Position numbers and translations under genes: made by a program. From Leptogorgia sarmentosa (taxonomy: Eukaryota), in assembly GCA_964658305.1 (NCBI GenBank), contig OZ210885.1, positions 11,656,001-11,720,000 of the forward strand: 64,000 nt of DNA. Reading direction: 5' to 3'. The notes below the pieces were generated by a model that saw nothing but the letters and a program-made list of their open reading frames with translations, made no database searches and had not been told where the DNA came from. Numbering within the stretch: position 1 is the stretch's first letter; each line of letters begins with the position of its first letter. This document shows, in pieces, positions 1 to 12,052 of the stretch.

Positions 1-1112
1 TCTTGCATGTATAAAATGGTTTACTGCTAGGGAATAGGCGAATGGCGCAAATAGTAATTCCTTTCAAGACGTGAGGTTGACAGGTTGTGCGGAGACGTAT
101 TCAATACTTGATATAAGCTTTCATGACTATCTCGCATTCCGGAATTCCTGCGATTATATATCAAATTGCATAAGGAATTGAAACTTGACGACATATGATA
201 TCGCATTTTATGTTATTGCGTCTTTAAAATAGACACAGCGCTTTGCGATTGTTTGTGAAAAATGTGGCTCTCTAAAAACCAAATTTACCCTTTTCAATAC
301 CGTATCATAATAATATATTTATATACAATATATTCCGTCCATTCATGCGCATTTGCGTAGACGCTAAAGTGTATGTATGATCGGTATGCGCAGTGCGCGT
401 AGGTTCAAAACAGAATACTTGAAACTATATATGATTTCGTTTGTTTTGTCTCGCGCTTAATAAACGCACAAACCCTGGTTATTACAAGCTACGAAATCTA
501 TTTTCCTGGGATTGAGTGTTCCAACCATTCCGTATGGCCAAGCGTCAAAATATAGTATATATTCCGTGATCACAATGACATCGCGGGCAGTCCAAACATG
601 TACAGTGTGTCAGTGCGACAGTTCCGACACGCTAAAGCCTAAAGTATCGTAGGGAAAATATACGCGCAATTGTGTCAAGTCATTAAACTCTTTCATAACC
701 TTAAATATTTGCTGTGTTCAATTGTATAAATTGCGTCATGATATTTTTGCTTTGATGATCTAAATTGCATAGCGAACGCGAACCTCTTTAATTAATATCT
801 TTAAAAGTAATGCCAATGTCTGCAATTTGCGTCATGATATTTTTGCGTATAAATTGCCTTAGTATAAATAGTGTTCTAAGCGGCGAAAACGCTCATAAAT
901 TAACCTCTATTTCAGTGAAGGGACTCGTCGCTGCGAACATTATATTTCTTTTTATCTGGATATTCATAGGAAACAAAATCCACGATCAAACAGACAAACA
1001 CATCACCACTCTTTAGCTCGCGCCTATATCAGCCGCCATTTACAAACAAATTACCATACCTTTCAAAGCATCACTAAGGGAAATTATGCAGTTACATTAA
1101 ACACCTTTTTAC

Positions 1113-1604
1113 CTTCCAAACTTCAACAACATGAAACACGTTTCTTGTTAAATGAAGCTCCTCTGCACACTGATGACAAAAATATTGATTTTGTCCGCAA
1201 TCAAGACATCTTATTTTAGCATTTCGCGCCTGTGACCGTCCCTCTTCAACACATTTTACACAACATTGGTCGGGTAGCATAGCAGAAACTTCAATATAGG
1301 TTTTAACAAGCTTATCTTGCAAAGACTTCCAACACTCGCCTTCATTTATCCTCCTTCTTTCATATCTCGACCTTAACTCTTCTGCTTCGTCTACAGATTC
1401 TATACGATGATCACCGTCCGCCTCAAACTCTTCGCTATTATTCGGCAAAAAATTACTAACACGAAGAGATGTTTCTTCCTGAAATAAACCTACCCTATTT
1501 GAGGAAATAGGGATATTTTTTCTCGCGAGTTTTCCAGTCGTAGTGTATGTCTTGACTTTTAATGAGTATGGTTTCACACGATATCCACCCTTTCTGGACG
1601 CCAT
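1113..1604 (-). CDS. First exon of a cysteine-cluster protein resembling the N-terminus of KDZ (Kyakuja-Dileera-Zisupton)/CxC-associated transposases; probably an orphan remnant
   Basis: ATG at 1604; pattern CxxC...RCLDCG-x4-FCxxC-x4-H-x6-H-xx-EVWK, then a GTAAAA donor at 1112. No convincing downstream exon seen. Family call is from memory of the motif, not a search. Confidence 0.5.
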
Positions 1605-2110
1605 TTTTACTTATCATTCAAAACATGGGACTGCAGTCCTGTAATCAGCGGCACAGGTAGCTTAGGTAACAACCTGAGATGGTTATATCCCGCATTCTAA
1701 ATTTTAGAAGTGTGGCTATTACCCATTTAGAATGAGCGAAACGGGTGGCCAAAAAAGCATATTCGGTAATATATCACTATTCTGCTGAAGCTGTGCATTA
1801 TCATAACTTCGGTAGCGAATTCTCATCTACAAACAATTTGGCTCAAACAATTTGGCGTACAGCTAAACGCTATTGCATTTATTGTTAAAACTGTTGAGCA
1901 ATATTTTTACCTATAACAGGAAGTTTGTATATGAGAAGCGTAGCTACATTGGATACAGGATCGCTAAGAGAGAAGAACACATTTTCACCAAGGCGGAAAA
2001 CTTGGAAAGGTGCTGAAGAATCTGAATTTCAGCAACATTAAGGTAGAGTGCTGAACGTCAGATTATTACTCAAACGTTGTTTGCCCTACCACTACAGAGA
2101 GGATCGAGAG

Positions 2111-2286
2111 CAGGGCCGTCGCTAGAACGTTAATTGGGGGGGGTGCATATTCATATTTTGGCGTTCTGCCGACTGATTTCTTAAGAAATTAATTCATAAA
2201 CAACTGACTTCAAAAGAAATCAGTCGGCAGAACGCCAAAATATGAATATGTACCCCCCCCCAATTAACGTTCTAGCGACGGCCCTG
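2111..2286. mobile_element. hAT-type MITE, almost fully palindromic (176 bp)
   Basis: ~70-bp TIRs CAGGGCCGTCGCTAGAACG.../...CGTTCTAGCGACGGCCCTG; 8-bp TSD ATCGAGAG at 2103-2110 and 2287-2294. Confidence 0.9.
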
Positions 2287-3023
2287 ATCGAGAGACACTA
2301 GATGATGACTGTGTGTTAAAATAAATACCAGTAAGGCTTTCTCACTTCTCTTAATTAATGAGGGATATTGATATAACGAGAATCAAATCTAATCTAAAAC
2401 CATTCAGGATTATAAAGCTTGGAGATCGTCACGTCCTCGATCCACGATTATAGATAATGTAATTAAACCTCAATATTTTGATATTCAGAGCTAAGTAGGG
2501 ATAACAAAAACTGACGACAATGGTTTAGGATTGATTTAAGTATATAAATCACTTTCAGAGATTGTTGCAAAATCTTCTTGATATGTATCCCATTTAAAAT
2601 TTTCTGCTTAGCAAACTTATACAGCAATAACAAACGCAGTCAGTTGGGTTGATTTATTGAAATTTTAAAGAAAAGTGAAAATTTCGGATCACTTCCGCAT
2701 AGCTTTAAATTAAATGAAATAAAATGCAATGCAAGGCAAGGCAATTCCAAAAATCGGCATTAACATATTAATAATTTAACATTTTTTGCTGAAATGTCTA
2801 AACAATAGTCGAAACGATGAAATAAATAATCTTAATTATTTATAAAATATTAAAATATTTTGTCGATTGTGCCATTTTAATTAAATTCAAAGTGGTTCCG
2901 TAATTTAAAAGGAATAAGATGTGTGGAAATCAGCGGTTTTAAATCGAATATAAACCATATTAGTGCCCAAACAAACGGAGAAAGAATTCACTATTTGTAC
3001 AATGTAAGTAGGTCACAGCGCCT

Positions 3024-3538
3024 ACGTAATTTTTATATGGTCATAAAGAGCAAGTTACTAGCTGTTGAATGAAAAGTTTCTTGTACCATTTTAAAGGGAG
3101 CACGTATGAGTCTATTAAAAATCGTTGGTCGAAATCGCATATTTTCACCCCTGAGAATTGCGGCTAAACTTATTCAAAATGAACTCCCTCTGGAACTCGA
3201 AGATGACGACCTTCCCTTCAACAAACGACCTGATTATGCATAATTATTAATAATCCTGATAAAATCTTTGTTACCATGACACATTCGTAACTAATTGCAT
3301 TTTTCTTTTGTTCTGCACTGTTTTAATTAGGCACAGAGGTGAAAATATGCAATTTCGACTGTCAAATTTAATCGCTCTCATATTCGTTCGGCTTCGCTCA
3401 TAATGACACAAAAAACATGGCATTCAATAGCTGAGACACTGATCTTTATGACCATGCAAAAATTACGTTCATACACCCAGTAATTAACGCACAATGGCAT
3501 GCCAAAGTTCGATTACCTTTTTTTTGAGACACCCTATA
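3024..3538. mobile_element. Degenerate inverted-repeat element, possibly Tc1/mariner-derived
   Basis: Diverged arms ~3024-3152 vs ~3335-3468 (ACGTAATTTTTATATGGTCATAAAGA vs TCTTTATGACCATGCAAAAATTACGT); mariner-like end TTTTGAGACACCCTATA near 3522-3538. Confidence 0.45.
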
Positions 3539-4232
3539 TAGAGTTTAATTTAATCAGACGTTATTTGTGCAGCGAGTTATTAGTATACAAAGAGGGAGAG
3601 TGCGCGCATGCCTATTGGGCGGCGGAAGTAATTAGTATGCAGAGTGCATATAGCGCTAATTAATATGCAAATAGGGGGAGTGATTTAGCGCCGGAAGTAA
3701 CTATTATGCAGAGTGCCTATAGCGCTAATTAGTATGCAGAGCGACGTGAGAGTTATGGCGAGTACAAATTTTTTATTAAAAATGTTTCATAAAGTTGTCG
3801 GAATTTGTTTTTGAGATAATCCTTGTATGCCTTTTGTTCATCTTGTTCGCTGCTTTTGAATGTTTCCTTTGTTCCGGAGTATCGGATAAGATCGGTGTAG
3901 GGGTGAAGTAACATTCATGCAATGAAAAAGGATTAGGGTTTTCCATTTCGTTTACGACCTAGACTAGTATAGGATTCTCCATAGTTTCTTGAAATAATGA
4001 TTCGACTAAAAGTAGACCGGATTTTGTTTCATTTGAAGTAAATATTCGCCAAATTCGGAAGGGAATATTTAGAAATTCGATAGTATGTATGAATTTTTGT
4101 ATGTATGAATTTGTATAGCATCGAGACCGTACATTTTCCATTTTTCAAAATCGTCCATCATTAAACAGTCTTGTTATATTCTACACCCGCAACACACTGA
4201 TTGAATTTGTTTTCAATCATTTGTGCTATAAC

Positions 4233-6181
4233 AGAGGCATGTATTCCAGATACGTATCAGTGAGCATGTATTCCAGATACGTATCAGAAGCATGTATTCC
4301 GGATACGTATCCGAGGCATGTATTCCAGATACGTATCAGAAGCATGTATTCAAGATACGTATCCGAGGTATGTATTCCAGATACGTATCAGAGGCATGTA
4401 TTCCAGACACGTATCAGAGGCAGGTATTCCAGATACGTATCTGAGGCATGTATTCCAGATACGTATCTGAGACATGTATTCCAGATACGTATCCGAGGCA
4501 TGTATTCCAGATACGTATCAGAAGCATGTATTCAAGATACGTATCCGAGGTATGTATTCCAGATACGTATCAGAGGCATGTATTCCAGACACGTATCAGA
4601 GGCAGGTATTCCAGATACGTATCTGAGGCATGTATTCCAGATACGTATCTGAGACATGTATTCCAGATACGTATCCGAGGCATGTATTCCAGATACGTAT
4701 CAGAGGCATGTATTCCAGATACGTATCCGAGGCATGTATTCCACATACGTATCAGAGGCATGTATTCCAGATACGTATCAGAGGCATGTATTCCAGATAC
4801 GTATCCGAGGCATGTATTCCAGATACGTATCCGAGGCATGTATTCCAGATACGTATCAGAGGCATGTATTCCAGATACGTATCAGAGGCATGTATTCCAG
4901 ATACGTATCAGAGGCATGTATTCCAGATACGTATCCGAGGCATGTATTCCAGATACGTATCCGAGGTATGTATTCCAGATACGTATCCGAGGTATGTATT
5001 CCAGATACGTATCAGAGCATGTATTCCAGATACGTATCAGAGGCATGTATTCCAGATACGTATCAGAGACATGTATTCCACATACGTATCAGAGGCATGT
5101 ATTCCAGATACGTATCAGAGGCATGTATTCCAGATACGTATCAGAGGCATGTATTCCAGATACGTATCAGAGGCATGTATTCCAGATACGTATCCGAGGC
5201 ATGTATTCCAGATACGTATCCGAGGTATGTATTCCAGATACGTATCCGAGGTATGTATTCCAGATACGTATCAGAGCATGTATTCCAGATACGTATCAGA
5301 GGCATGTATTCCAGATACGTATCAGAGACATGTATTCCACATACGTATCAGAGGCATGTATTCCAGATACGTATCAGAGGCATGTATTCCAGATACGTAT
5401 CAGAGGCATGTATTCCAGATACGTATCCGTGGTATGTATTCCAGATACGTATCAGAGGCATGTATTCCAGATACGTATCAGAGGCATGTATTCCAGATAC
5501 GTATCAGAGGCATGTATTCCAGATACGTATCGGAGGCATGTATTCCAGATACATATCAGAGGCATGTATCCAGATACGTATCCGAGGCATGTATTCCAGA
5601 TACGTATCAGAGGCATGTATTCCAGATACGTATCAGAGGCAGGTATTCCAGATACGTATCTGAGGCATGTATTCCAGATACGTATCTGAGACATGTATTC
5701 CAGATACGTATCAGAGGCATGTATTCCAGATACGTATCTGAGGCATGTATTCCAAATACGTATCTGAGGCATGTATTCCAGATACGTATCCGAGGCATGT
5801 ATTCCAGATACGTATCAGAGGCAGGTATTCCAGATACGTATCAGAGGCATGTATTCCAGATACGTATCCGAGGCATGTATTCCAGATACGTATCAGAGGC
5901 AGGTATTCCAGATACGTATCAGAGGCATGTATTCCAGATACGTATCAGAGACATGTATTCCAGATACGTATCAGAGGCATGTATTCCAGATACGTATCAG
6001 AGGCATGTATTCCAGATACGTATCAGAGACATGTATTCCAGATACGTATCAGAGGCATGTATTCCAGATACGTATCCGAGGCATGTATTCCAGATACGTA
6101 TCAGAGGCATGTATTCCAGATACGTATCAGAGGCATGTATTCCAGATACGTATCAGAGGCATGTATTCCAGATACGTATCC
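4233..6181 (+). repeat. 26-bp minisatellite, about 75 units, consensus GTATTCCAGATACGTATCAGAGGCAT
   Basis: Direct head-to-tail repeats with point variants and no unique spacers; the core GATACGTATC is palindromic. Confidence 0.97.
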
Positions 6182-6281
6182 GTGTTATAAAAGTATACCT
6201 GTACGCATTTTCGGTAAAAATGTGCGAATAAATGTTTAAGATATATAAAAGGCCGTGTGACAGTTGAATAAATGTCAAGTA

Positions 6282-6685
6282 CCTTATTCGTACTTAATTT
6301 CGCGTGACTTTAATTTCGCGATTTTCGCGATTGAAAAAAAATCGCGAAATTAAAGTCGCGCGAATAAAAATCCTCGCGAAATTTAACCACGCGAAATTAA
6401 ATACATTAGTAAAAAAATTAGAATTGTTAAACATTAATTTCTCAATATATATGTTCAACAACAACATGTACAGCTCGCATATCGTTTTACCGACATCGGC
6501 ATATATAAATTTCAATAAAAGTTAAAATTCAATTCAATAAATGATGGTTTTGAAAATCTGTTTTCGCGAAAATTAATGCCCTTTTTCTATTTTCGGTCAT
6601 CAAAATCGCGAAAATAAAGTCTTGCTAAATATGGCTTCGACAAAATCGCGAAATTAAGTACGCGCGAAATTAAGTACGAATAAGG
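6282..6685. mobile_element. TA-flanked MITE (Tc1/mariner-like) with many internal TTCGCG/CGCGAA motifs
   Basis: TIR CCTTATTCGTACTTAATTTCGCG / CGCGAAATTAAGTACGAATAAGG; TA on both sides. Confidence 0.85.
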
Positions 6686-7172
6686 TAGTAAAGTAAATAT
6701 GAAGAGCGTCGTAAGTAATTAGCTTGCAGCAGTGGCGTGCTGACATTTCCACAAAACAATCAACATCATTCAATCGAATGAATTGTTATATAGTACTTTC
6801 TTGAAGAGTACAAAAAGTCTATCTGTCTATCCAAGCAATATAAAAGTATAAAATATTTCTTGAAATGTATAAATTGGGTATATCAAGAACGTACTATTTG
6901 ACCGCCAGCCGGTCAGGTTTCAAAATGTACTAAGTGACCGGCAGTCACAAAGTCGCAGCCTAATATAAAATTGTTTGCTTACGGTGACCTTTCTGTGAGC
7001 TGGCTGCCAGCGCGTTTGTTAATTAAGGATCGCAGCACACAACAAACCGAAGCGTGGTGGGGCTGGAATTTCTTTTCGCCGGAAGACTTGTTTATTTTTT
7101 TCAAAAAGTTTTGAAGACATTTTTTCTCGCTTCATGGTGTTTAGGGTTAGATTGTCATAAGGTTAGGGTCAG

Positions 7173-7484
7173 GAAATGAAGACGAATTTGATACATAGTG
7201 GCTTGGATGAGCAATCCGCTGGACAAAAAGCTTACTCCGAATTCCTGGCTAAGCTCTAAAATGAGCTGGAAAGTATCTATATGAATCGTCTTTCGTGGAT
7301 GAAACAACTAAAGAATGACCCAGTGCATAAGAAAATAATGCAAACAAAAGATCCCTTTGTAAACGACGATAATTTTGATCCCGAAGAAGCTATTCAAGCA
7401 GCTTTTCATAACAGAAAATTTCTGATGAAAAAGCTGTTAAATGATTACACCTTTACAGGGGACAGCGAGGATGAAGACCATTAA
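7173..7484 (+). pseudogene. 3' fragment of an uncharacterised protein, with an in-frame stop upstream; likely mobile-element cargo
   Basis: Frame reads EMKTNLIHSGLDEQSAGQKAYSEFLAKL*NELESIYMNRLSWMKQLKNDPVHKKIMQTK...DPEEAIQAAFHNRKFL; protein-like composition, no proper 5' end. Confidence 0.45.
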
Positions 7485-7571
7485 ATATTAGAAATCGATT
7501 TCCTCAGAATGTATCTGTAAACTAAAATTCTCTATATGACTTGTAAAAGTACATGAACAATGTTTTTATGA

Positions 7572-7752
7572 TTAACTTTAACTTTTTGGTCGATTTTGGC
7601 TACTTTTTCAACTTTTGAAAAGCGCCTCAAATATCAATGCAAACCGATTCAAAGAGCTTTTAAACGCATTTGGAGAGTTTTTAAATGACTTGAGAGTGAT
7701 TTTAAAAAAGTTGAAAAAGTGCCCAAAATCGAACAAAAAGTAAAGGGGTTAA
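7572..7752. mobile_element. Degenerate TTAA-flanked MITE (piggyBac-like)
   Basis: Arms ACTTTTTGGTCGATTTTGGCTACTTTTTCAACTTTT vs AAAAGTTGAAAAAGTGCCCAAAATCGAACAAAAAGT; right end GGGG-TTAA. Confidence 0.55.
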
Positions 7753-8411
7753 TTAACCTGTTGCAAGAACATTAAGTCTCATTCGTTATTCCCCGGGTTA
7801 TTGCCGCCATAACATACTATCACAACTAGTAAATTCATTAAACCCCTTGCATACTAATTACTTCCAGCGGTAAAGTTTTGCATACTAATTACTTCCCTCG
7901 CCAGATGTATCCTGTAACATACTCACCAAAGCGGTTAAAATGAGGGCACACTTGATGCAGTAACACAGTCAACTCGTTAAAACAAGAAAACCATAATTTT
8001 AAACCGTATTTAGTTCATTCGATTGATACGTAATACCACATATATTTACTTTATGCATTTATTTGAACGTGTTTGTTATTGTTACGATATCGCCATTCCC
8101 AATGTAAAACAGGTATTCATTTTAATCAAATCCGAACAGTAGATCGATGTTGCCGTTCAAATCTATTTTAATCGAATGAAGGGACGATATCATTCAATTC
8201 TTTCAATACTTTTATATATAAGGCAGTCGACAGCTTGAAGCTTCAGTAGGCTTGGGTTCCTTGCCAAAATTGTTTACATGCATGATGGGCGAATGGCGAC
8301 TCATAGATTCTCCCTCGGATTATAATTATACTAAAGCAAATGCATTCTGTATCTCTTGCAGTTGCAGTTTCATGAATTTTCACCATTGGGAAAATTGACT
8401 CGTGCAACGTT

Positions 8412-9575
8412 ATGGCCATCTCAAAACCCACGAGAAATTTCATTTTTTTCTACATTTTCCTGATACTTGTGGTTGTCAGCGGAACATTAGTGGTGTATAT
8501 CAAAGGAGGCAATTTCTTCATTAAAAGCAGTGTTCTGAAACTATTTCCACCTGCATTGCCACACGCAGCTCTTGCCAATGATTCATATAAACAAGACGAG
8601 AAAATCGTTCTGTTGTTTTGGTCCAAATTGTGGAATAAACCAGCATCAATCGCCGAGGGAGTTTGGGAAAAAGGTAACGAGCGCGGTCAATGTCCAGTGG
8701 CGTGTGAAGTGACAGCAAATCGTTCCCGTATTAAAGAAGCTAAAGCTTTTATTGTTCATGCAAGAGATCCAAAACCATTAAGCATATTAACGTCTAAGCA
8801 TATTCCTTGGGTTCTTACTACTCTTGAAAATCCTGTTTACACCGGGGTATTAAAGGATCCAAAATACATGTCACAGTTTCATTTACTAAGAAGTTATCGA
8901 CTGGATTCCGATTTTCCAACACCTCTATTCAAAAAACCAAATCTAGAACCCCCAATTGCTTTTGAAAACAAAACTGGAGGTATTATGGCTGCATTTAGTA
9001 ACTGCGAACGAGTGAGAACGGCCTACTTGAGAGAATTGATGAAATATATTAAAGTCGACTCCTATGGTGCCTGTTTACACAACAAAAATGGTTTAGCAAA
9101 GCGCTACAGTAGTAATTTTAAAGAAGTTAAAAAAAATCTTGAACGGTCCTATAAATTTATTATCGTATTCTTTAACCAAGATTGTGATTATTTCGTTGAC
9201 GATCAAATTCTTCATGCATTGAATGCTGGTGCAGTACCGGTAGTCATGAGTACAGATAAAATTTACGAATTCTTGCCAGGAAACCTAAAGAATGCTATTG
9301 TGAATGTTAGAGATTTCAAATCCCCAAAGGATTTGGCTGATCGCCTCAGATTCCTAATGAACAATAAGACGGAGTACAATAAATTTTTGGAATGGAAAAC
9401 GAAAGGTCTGGGTGATATAAGTAACACAATTATAGGACAATATTGGGACAGAAAATTTGGTCACTGGTGTCAAATTTGTGAGGCAATAGCTGAAGGAAAA
9501 TGGCATAAGGAGGGTCTTAAAGCGGATTATTGCAAAGCAAGAGATTACAAAGACTGGGGGGTTAGAGTGGGGTAA
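8412..9575 (+). CDS. Glycosyltransferase family 10 (alpha-1,3-fucosyltransferase-like) type II membrane protein, single coding exon, 387 aa
   Basis: N-terminal TM anchor; C-x3-CEVTANR; LENP; SYRLDSD; FSNC...R..YLRELMKYIKVDSYGACL; YKF...N..C...ALNAGAVPVV; DF.SPKDLA..L..L..N...YN.FL.WK; AATAAA at 10051. Confidence 0.9.
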   Translation: MAISKPTRNFIFFYIFLILVVVSGTLVVYIKGGNFFIKSSVLKLFPPALPHAALANDSYKQDEKIVLLFWSKLWNKPASIAEGVWEKGNERGQCPVACEVTANRSRIKEAKAFIVHARDPKPLSILTSKHIPWVLTTLENPVYTGVLKDPKYMSQFHLLRSYRLDSDFPTPLFKKPNLEPPIAFENKTGGIMAAFSNCERVRTAYLRELMKYIKVDSYGACLHNKNGLAKRYSSNFKEVKKNLERSYKFIIVFFNQDCDYFVDDQILHALNAGAVPVVMSTDKIYEFLPGNLKNAIVNVRDFKSPKDLADRLRFLMNNKTEYNKFLEWKTKGLGDISNTIIGQYWDRKFGHWCQICEAIAEGKWHKEGLKADYCKARDYKDWGVRVG

Positions 9576-10268
9576 AAAACAGTTAGGGGTATAGTGATGA
9601 GGGATAGCATTCGTGGGACCAAAACATTAATCTGTAAATTACTATAGCACTGACAGATTAGATTTGAAAAATTTCAAAGTCACATTTTTTTTCACATTTC
9701 GAACCGAACGTTCTCAAATTTGTCGAAACCAAACATCTGAAAGTGACTGAGAAGTTATATATAGATTGGCAATTCTACGTCTTAAATGAACACTGCACAC
9801 TGAAATTAACTACATCACTCACCCTTGCACCATGAAAACTAGAAAATCAACGAGTTCCTAAATGTTTCATGATATGTCAACCTTACTTAGCCAAAATTCA
9901 ATAGAGATGTGTCAATGTTTGAAATGTTCAATTTCTTTTTTGATTTCTTAAAATGAAATGCATGATGTATTATGATAACCGATTTTGAAACATTGATATT
10001 TTTTCTTGTTAATTGATACCATATTTTTAGCCGGTACGAACCTTAGAGATAATAAAAACTGCCAAAAGTTGAGTTTTAGAGGAACTATATTTACAGTAAA
10101 AAATAAACAACTTCAGCAATAACATCAAACTAAGCGTTCGGCTATGGAATTCAGCTAAGCTATGAAGATTAACAACTTTATGTAGAAAACGAGCATGTTT
10201 TTTTTTCGATGTCGAAAATTAAAAAACCGGTAACTCCATTAACAAACGCGATTACTTCTCGGCCTTAA

Positions 10269-10519
10269 GGCCAGATTCCCCGACGGCGAAATATTACGCG
10301 AGAAATTGTGTCTGCGAAATGCGGATGGTTGCACATGAACGATTCTATTGAATTCTCCCGCATTTTTCGCTTTCGCAGGGAGTAGAACTAACTTCTACTC
10401 ACTGGCAAAGCGAATTTTTTTCTCGAGAAATCTTATTTGCTCTTATGACGCATGCGCACAATTATTTTGCGCGAAAATTTTCGCGTTTCGCCAAGAAATA
10501 CCGTCCGTGGAATCAGGCC
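10269..10519. mobile_element. Degenerate PIF/Harbinger-like MITE
   Basis: Imperfect TIRs GGCCAGATTCCCCGACGG / CCGTCCGTGGAATCAGGCC; TAA on the left only. Confidence 0.5.
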
Positions 10520-10839
10520 TTTGGAAGGAACATATTTCAATTAAGTGGAATTGATCAATTCCTTTCCCAAAGTTTTTCTACTTACTCAAAACAACTACTG
10601 CTTACGTCTGTTTCACTAAAAAAATTCTTTATAAAATTGGCTTCTATTCACATTTCATAATATCGCAAGAATTCACTTCGAAACATGTTATAACACGATT
10701 TACAAAAACTTGTATTTACGTACATAAGGCTCTTTGATTAGGTTTTTTATTTGAACAGTGTCCACAGCTTTGATATACCTCATGCAACAGATTCGTGGCA
10801 ATTGTCTTCACCGTGCTTCGAAGAATTCGAGAAATATTG

Positions 10840-10966
10840 AGCCTCATCAGAGATTTGAACTCTGGACCCCTGGTTTACTAGCTGTTTTACTAGACCAGTG
10901 CTCTAACCTCTGAGCTCTAACCTCTCAGCTCTAACCTCTCAGCTCTAACCTCTGAGCTAATGAGGC
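10840..10966 (-). pseudogene. trnT-AGT: tRNA-Thr(AGT) with 12-nt 37/38 insert and D-arm amplified 4x
   Basis: Acceptor GCCTCAT/ATGAGGC and T-arm intact; 14-bp unit GCTCTAACCTCT(G/C)A repeated four times at 10900-10955. Confidence 0.85.
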
Positions 10967-11271
10967 ATGCTGACAACTCCGTGTTGATTTCACAAGCTTG
11001 TCCATTGAATTTTATTACCTAATTTACCTTTGTTATTCTTCACTAATTCATTCATATTGCAAAATGATTAAAATTGAGATTATGTCCTGGTTTTCTATCT
11101 TTGACAAACGATTACTCCCAGAGTCGATAAACCTGTAAGAAGTTCCTCACTTCCTGTTACAAGTTCCTCACTTATTGACTTCCTGTGTGAAAGTTGTAAC
11201 TTAAAACCACGAAATGCACCACAAATTTCCAACAATAATTATCTAAACTGAATTATTTTGCGCATATGCCA

Positions 11272-11344
11272 GTTTCCGTAGTGTAGTGGTTATCACATGC
11301 GCTTAACACGCGCACGGTCCTCAGTTCGAACCTCGGCGGAAACA
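11272..11344 (+). tRNA. trnV-AAC: tRNA-Val(AAC), one T-stem mismatch
   Basis: GTTTCCG/CGGAAAC acceptor; loop TT-AAC-AC; GTTCGAAC. Confidence 0.85.
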
Positions 11345-11461
11345 TACATATCACATATGAGCTTTTTAACTGGAGATTTTTTTTCTTTGGAAATTTTCAA
11401 TAAAGCACGAGAAAAATTAATTAAAGAGAATACATCTATTTCCATGTTTGCGCGTAGGTAA

Positions 11462-11534
11462 GTTTCCTTAGCGTAGTGGTTATCACATGCGCTTAACACG
11501 CACAAGGTTCTTAGTTCGAAACTGGGCGGAAACA
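11462..11534 (+). pseudogene. trnV-AAC: Degenerate tRNA-Val(AAC)
   Basis: Paralog of 11272 with mismatches in all stems. Confidence 0.75.
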
Positions 11535-11643
11535 TACATATAGGCTTTTTCAGTAAAAACTAGAAAAATATTCCTGGTGATATCGAATTTGTGTAAATAG
11601 ATCAGCTTTAAAAAGAAATGCCCTCAATTTTTTGTAAATTTGT

Positions 11644-11771
11644 TGTCAGGAGTGGGATTCGAACCCACGACCACATGTGTGGACCAGAACGTCCAATTAT
11701 ATATGTCAAGGTTGATCGTCACAAATTTTTTCACTTGAGTCTGGCGCCTTAGACCGCTGGGCCATCCTGAC
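11644..11771 (-). tRNA. trnL-CAA: tRNA-Leu(CAA) with 44-nt intron, D-arm variant
   Basis: GTCAGGATGGCC...CCAGA-CT-CAA-G[intron]TTCTGG, long variable arm, GTTCGAATCCCACTCCTGACA. Confidence 0.8.
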
Positions 11772-12052
11772 ACACATGAAAACATGGAATTTCCTACCAC
11801 ACATTTATTCTTTGCTACCTTCAACATGCCACATCTCGTTCTGATTTTCTCTTGACAACTGACGTGAGCCGAATACGTGACGGAGGTACACATTATTTTA
11901 GTGGAATTTTTCAATCAATCGCAGTTAAAGTCGAACGATTTTAATACCATTACGAATTTTCAATGATTATCGGAAATACTGAGTTTATGTTGTTTTTGTA
12001 TTATCTTGTTAGTATTTGGGAGGGTGAAATTGAGGGATTGCTAGACATGTAC

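Noticed and set aside
4233..6181. CRISPR array
   Set aside because: Units are contiguous with no unique spacers, there are no cas genes, and the context is eukaryotic
4221..6239. Long repeat-protein ORFs (up to 533 aa)
   Set aside because: By-product of a stop-free 26-bp unit; frames break at indels and variant units, with no sign of coding constraint
7141..7172. Telomeric repeat (also CTAACCCTAA near 38091)
   Set aside because: Only one or two degenerate units
8412..9575. Bacterial horizontal transfer of the intronless glycosyltransferase
   Set aside because: It has a type II Golgi anchor and animal-type cysteine motifs, and single-exon GT10 genes are common in animals
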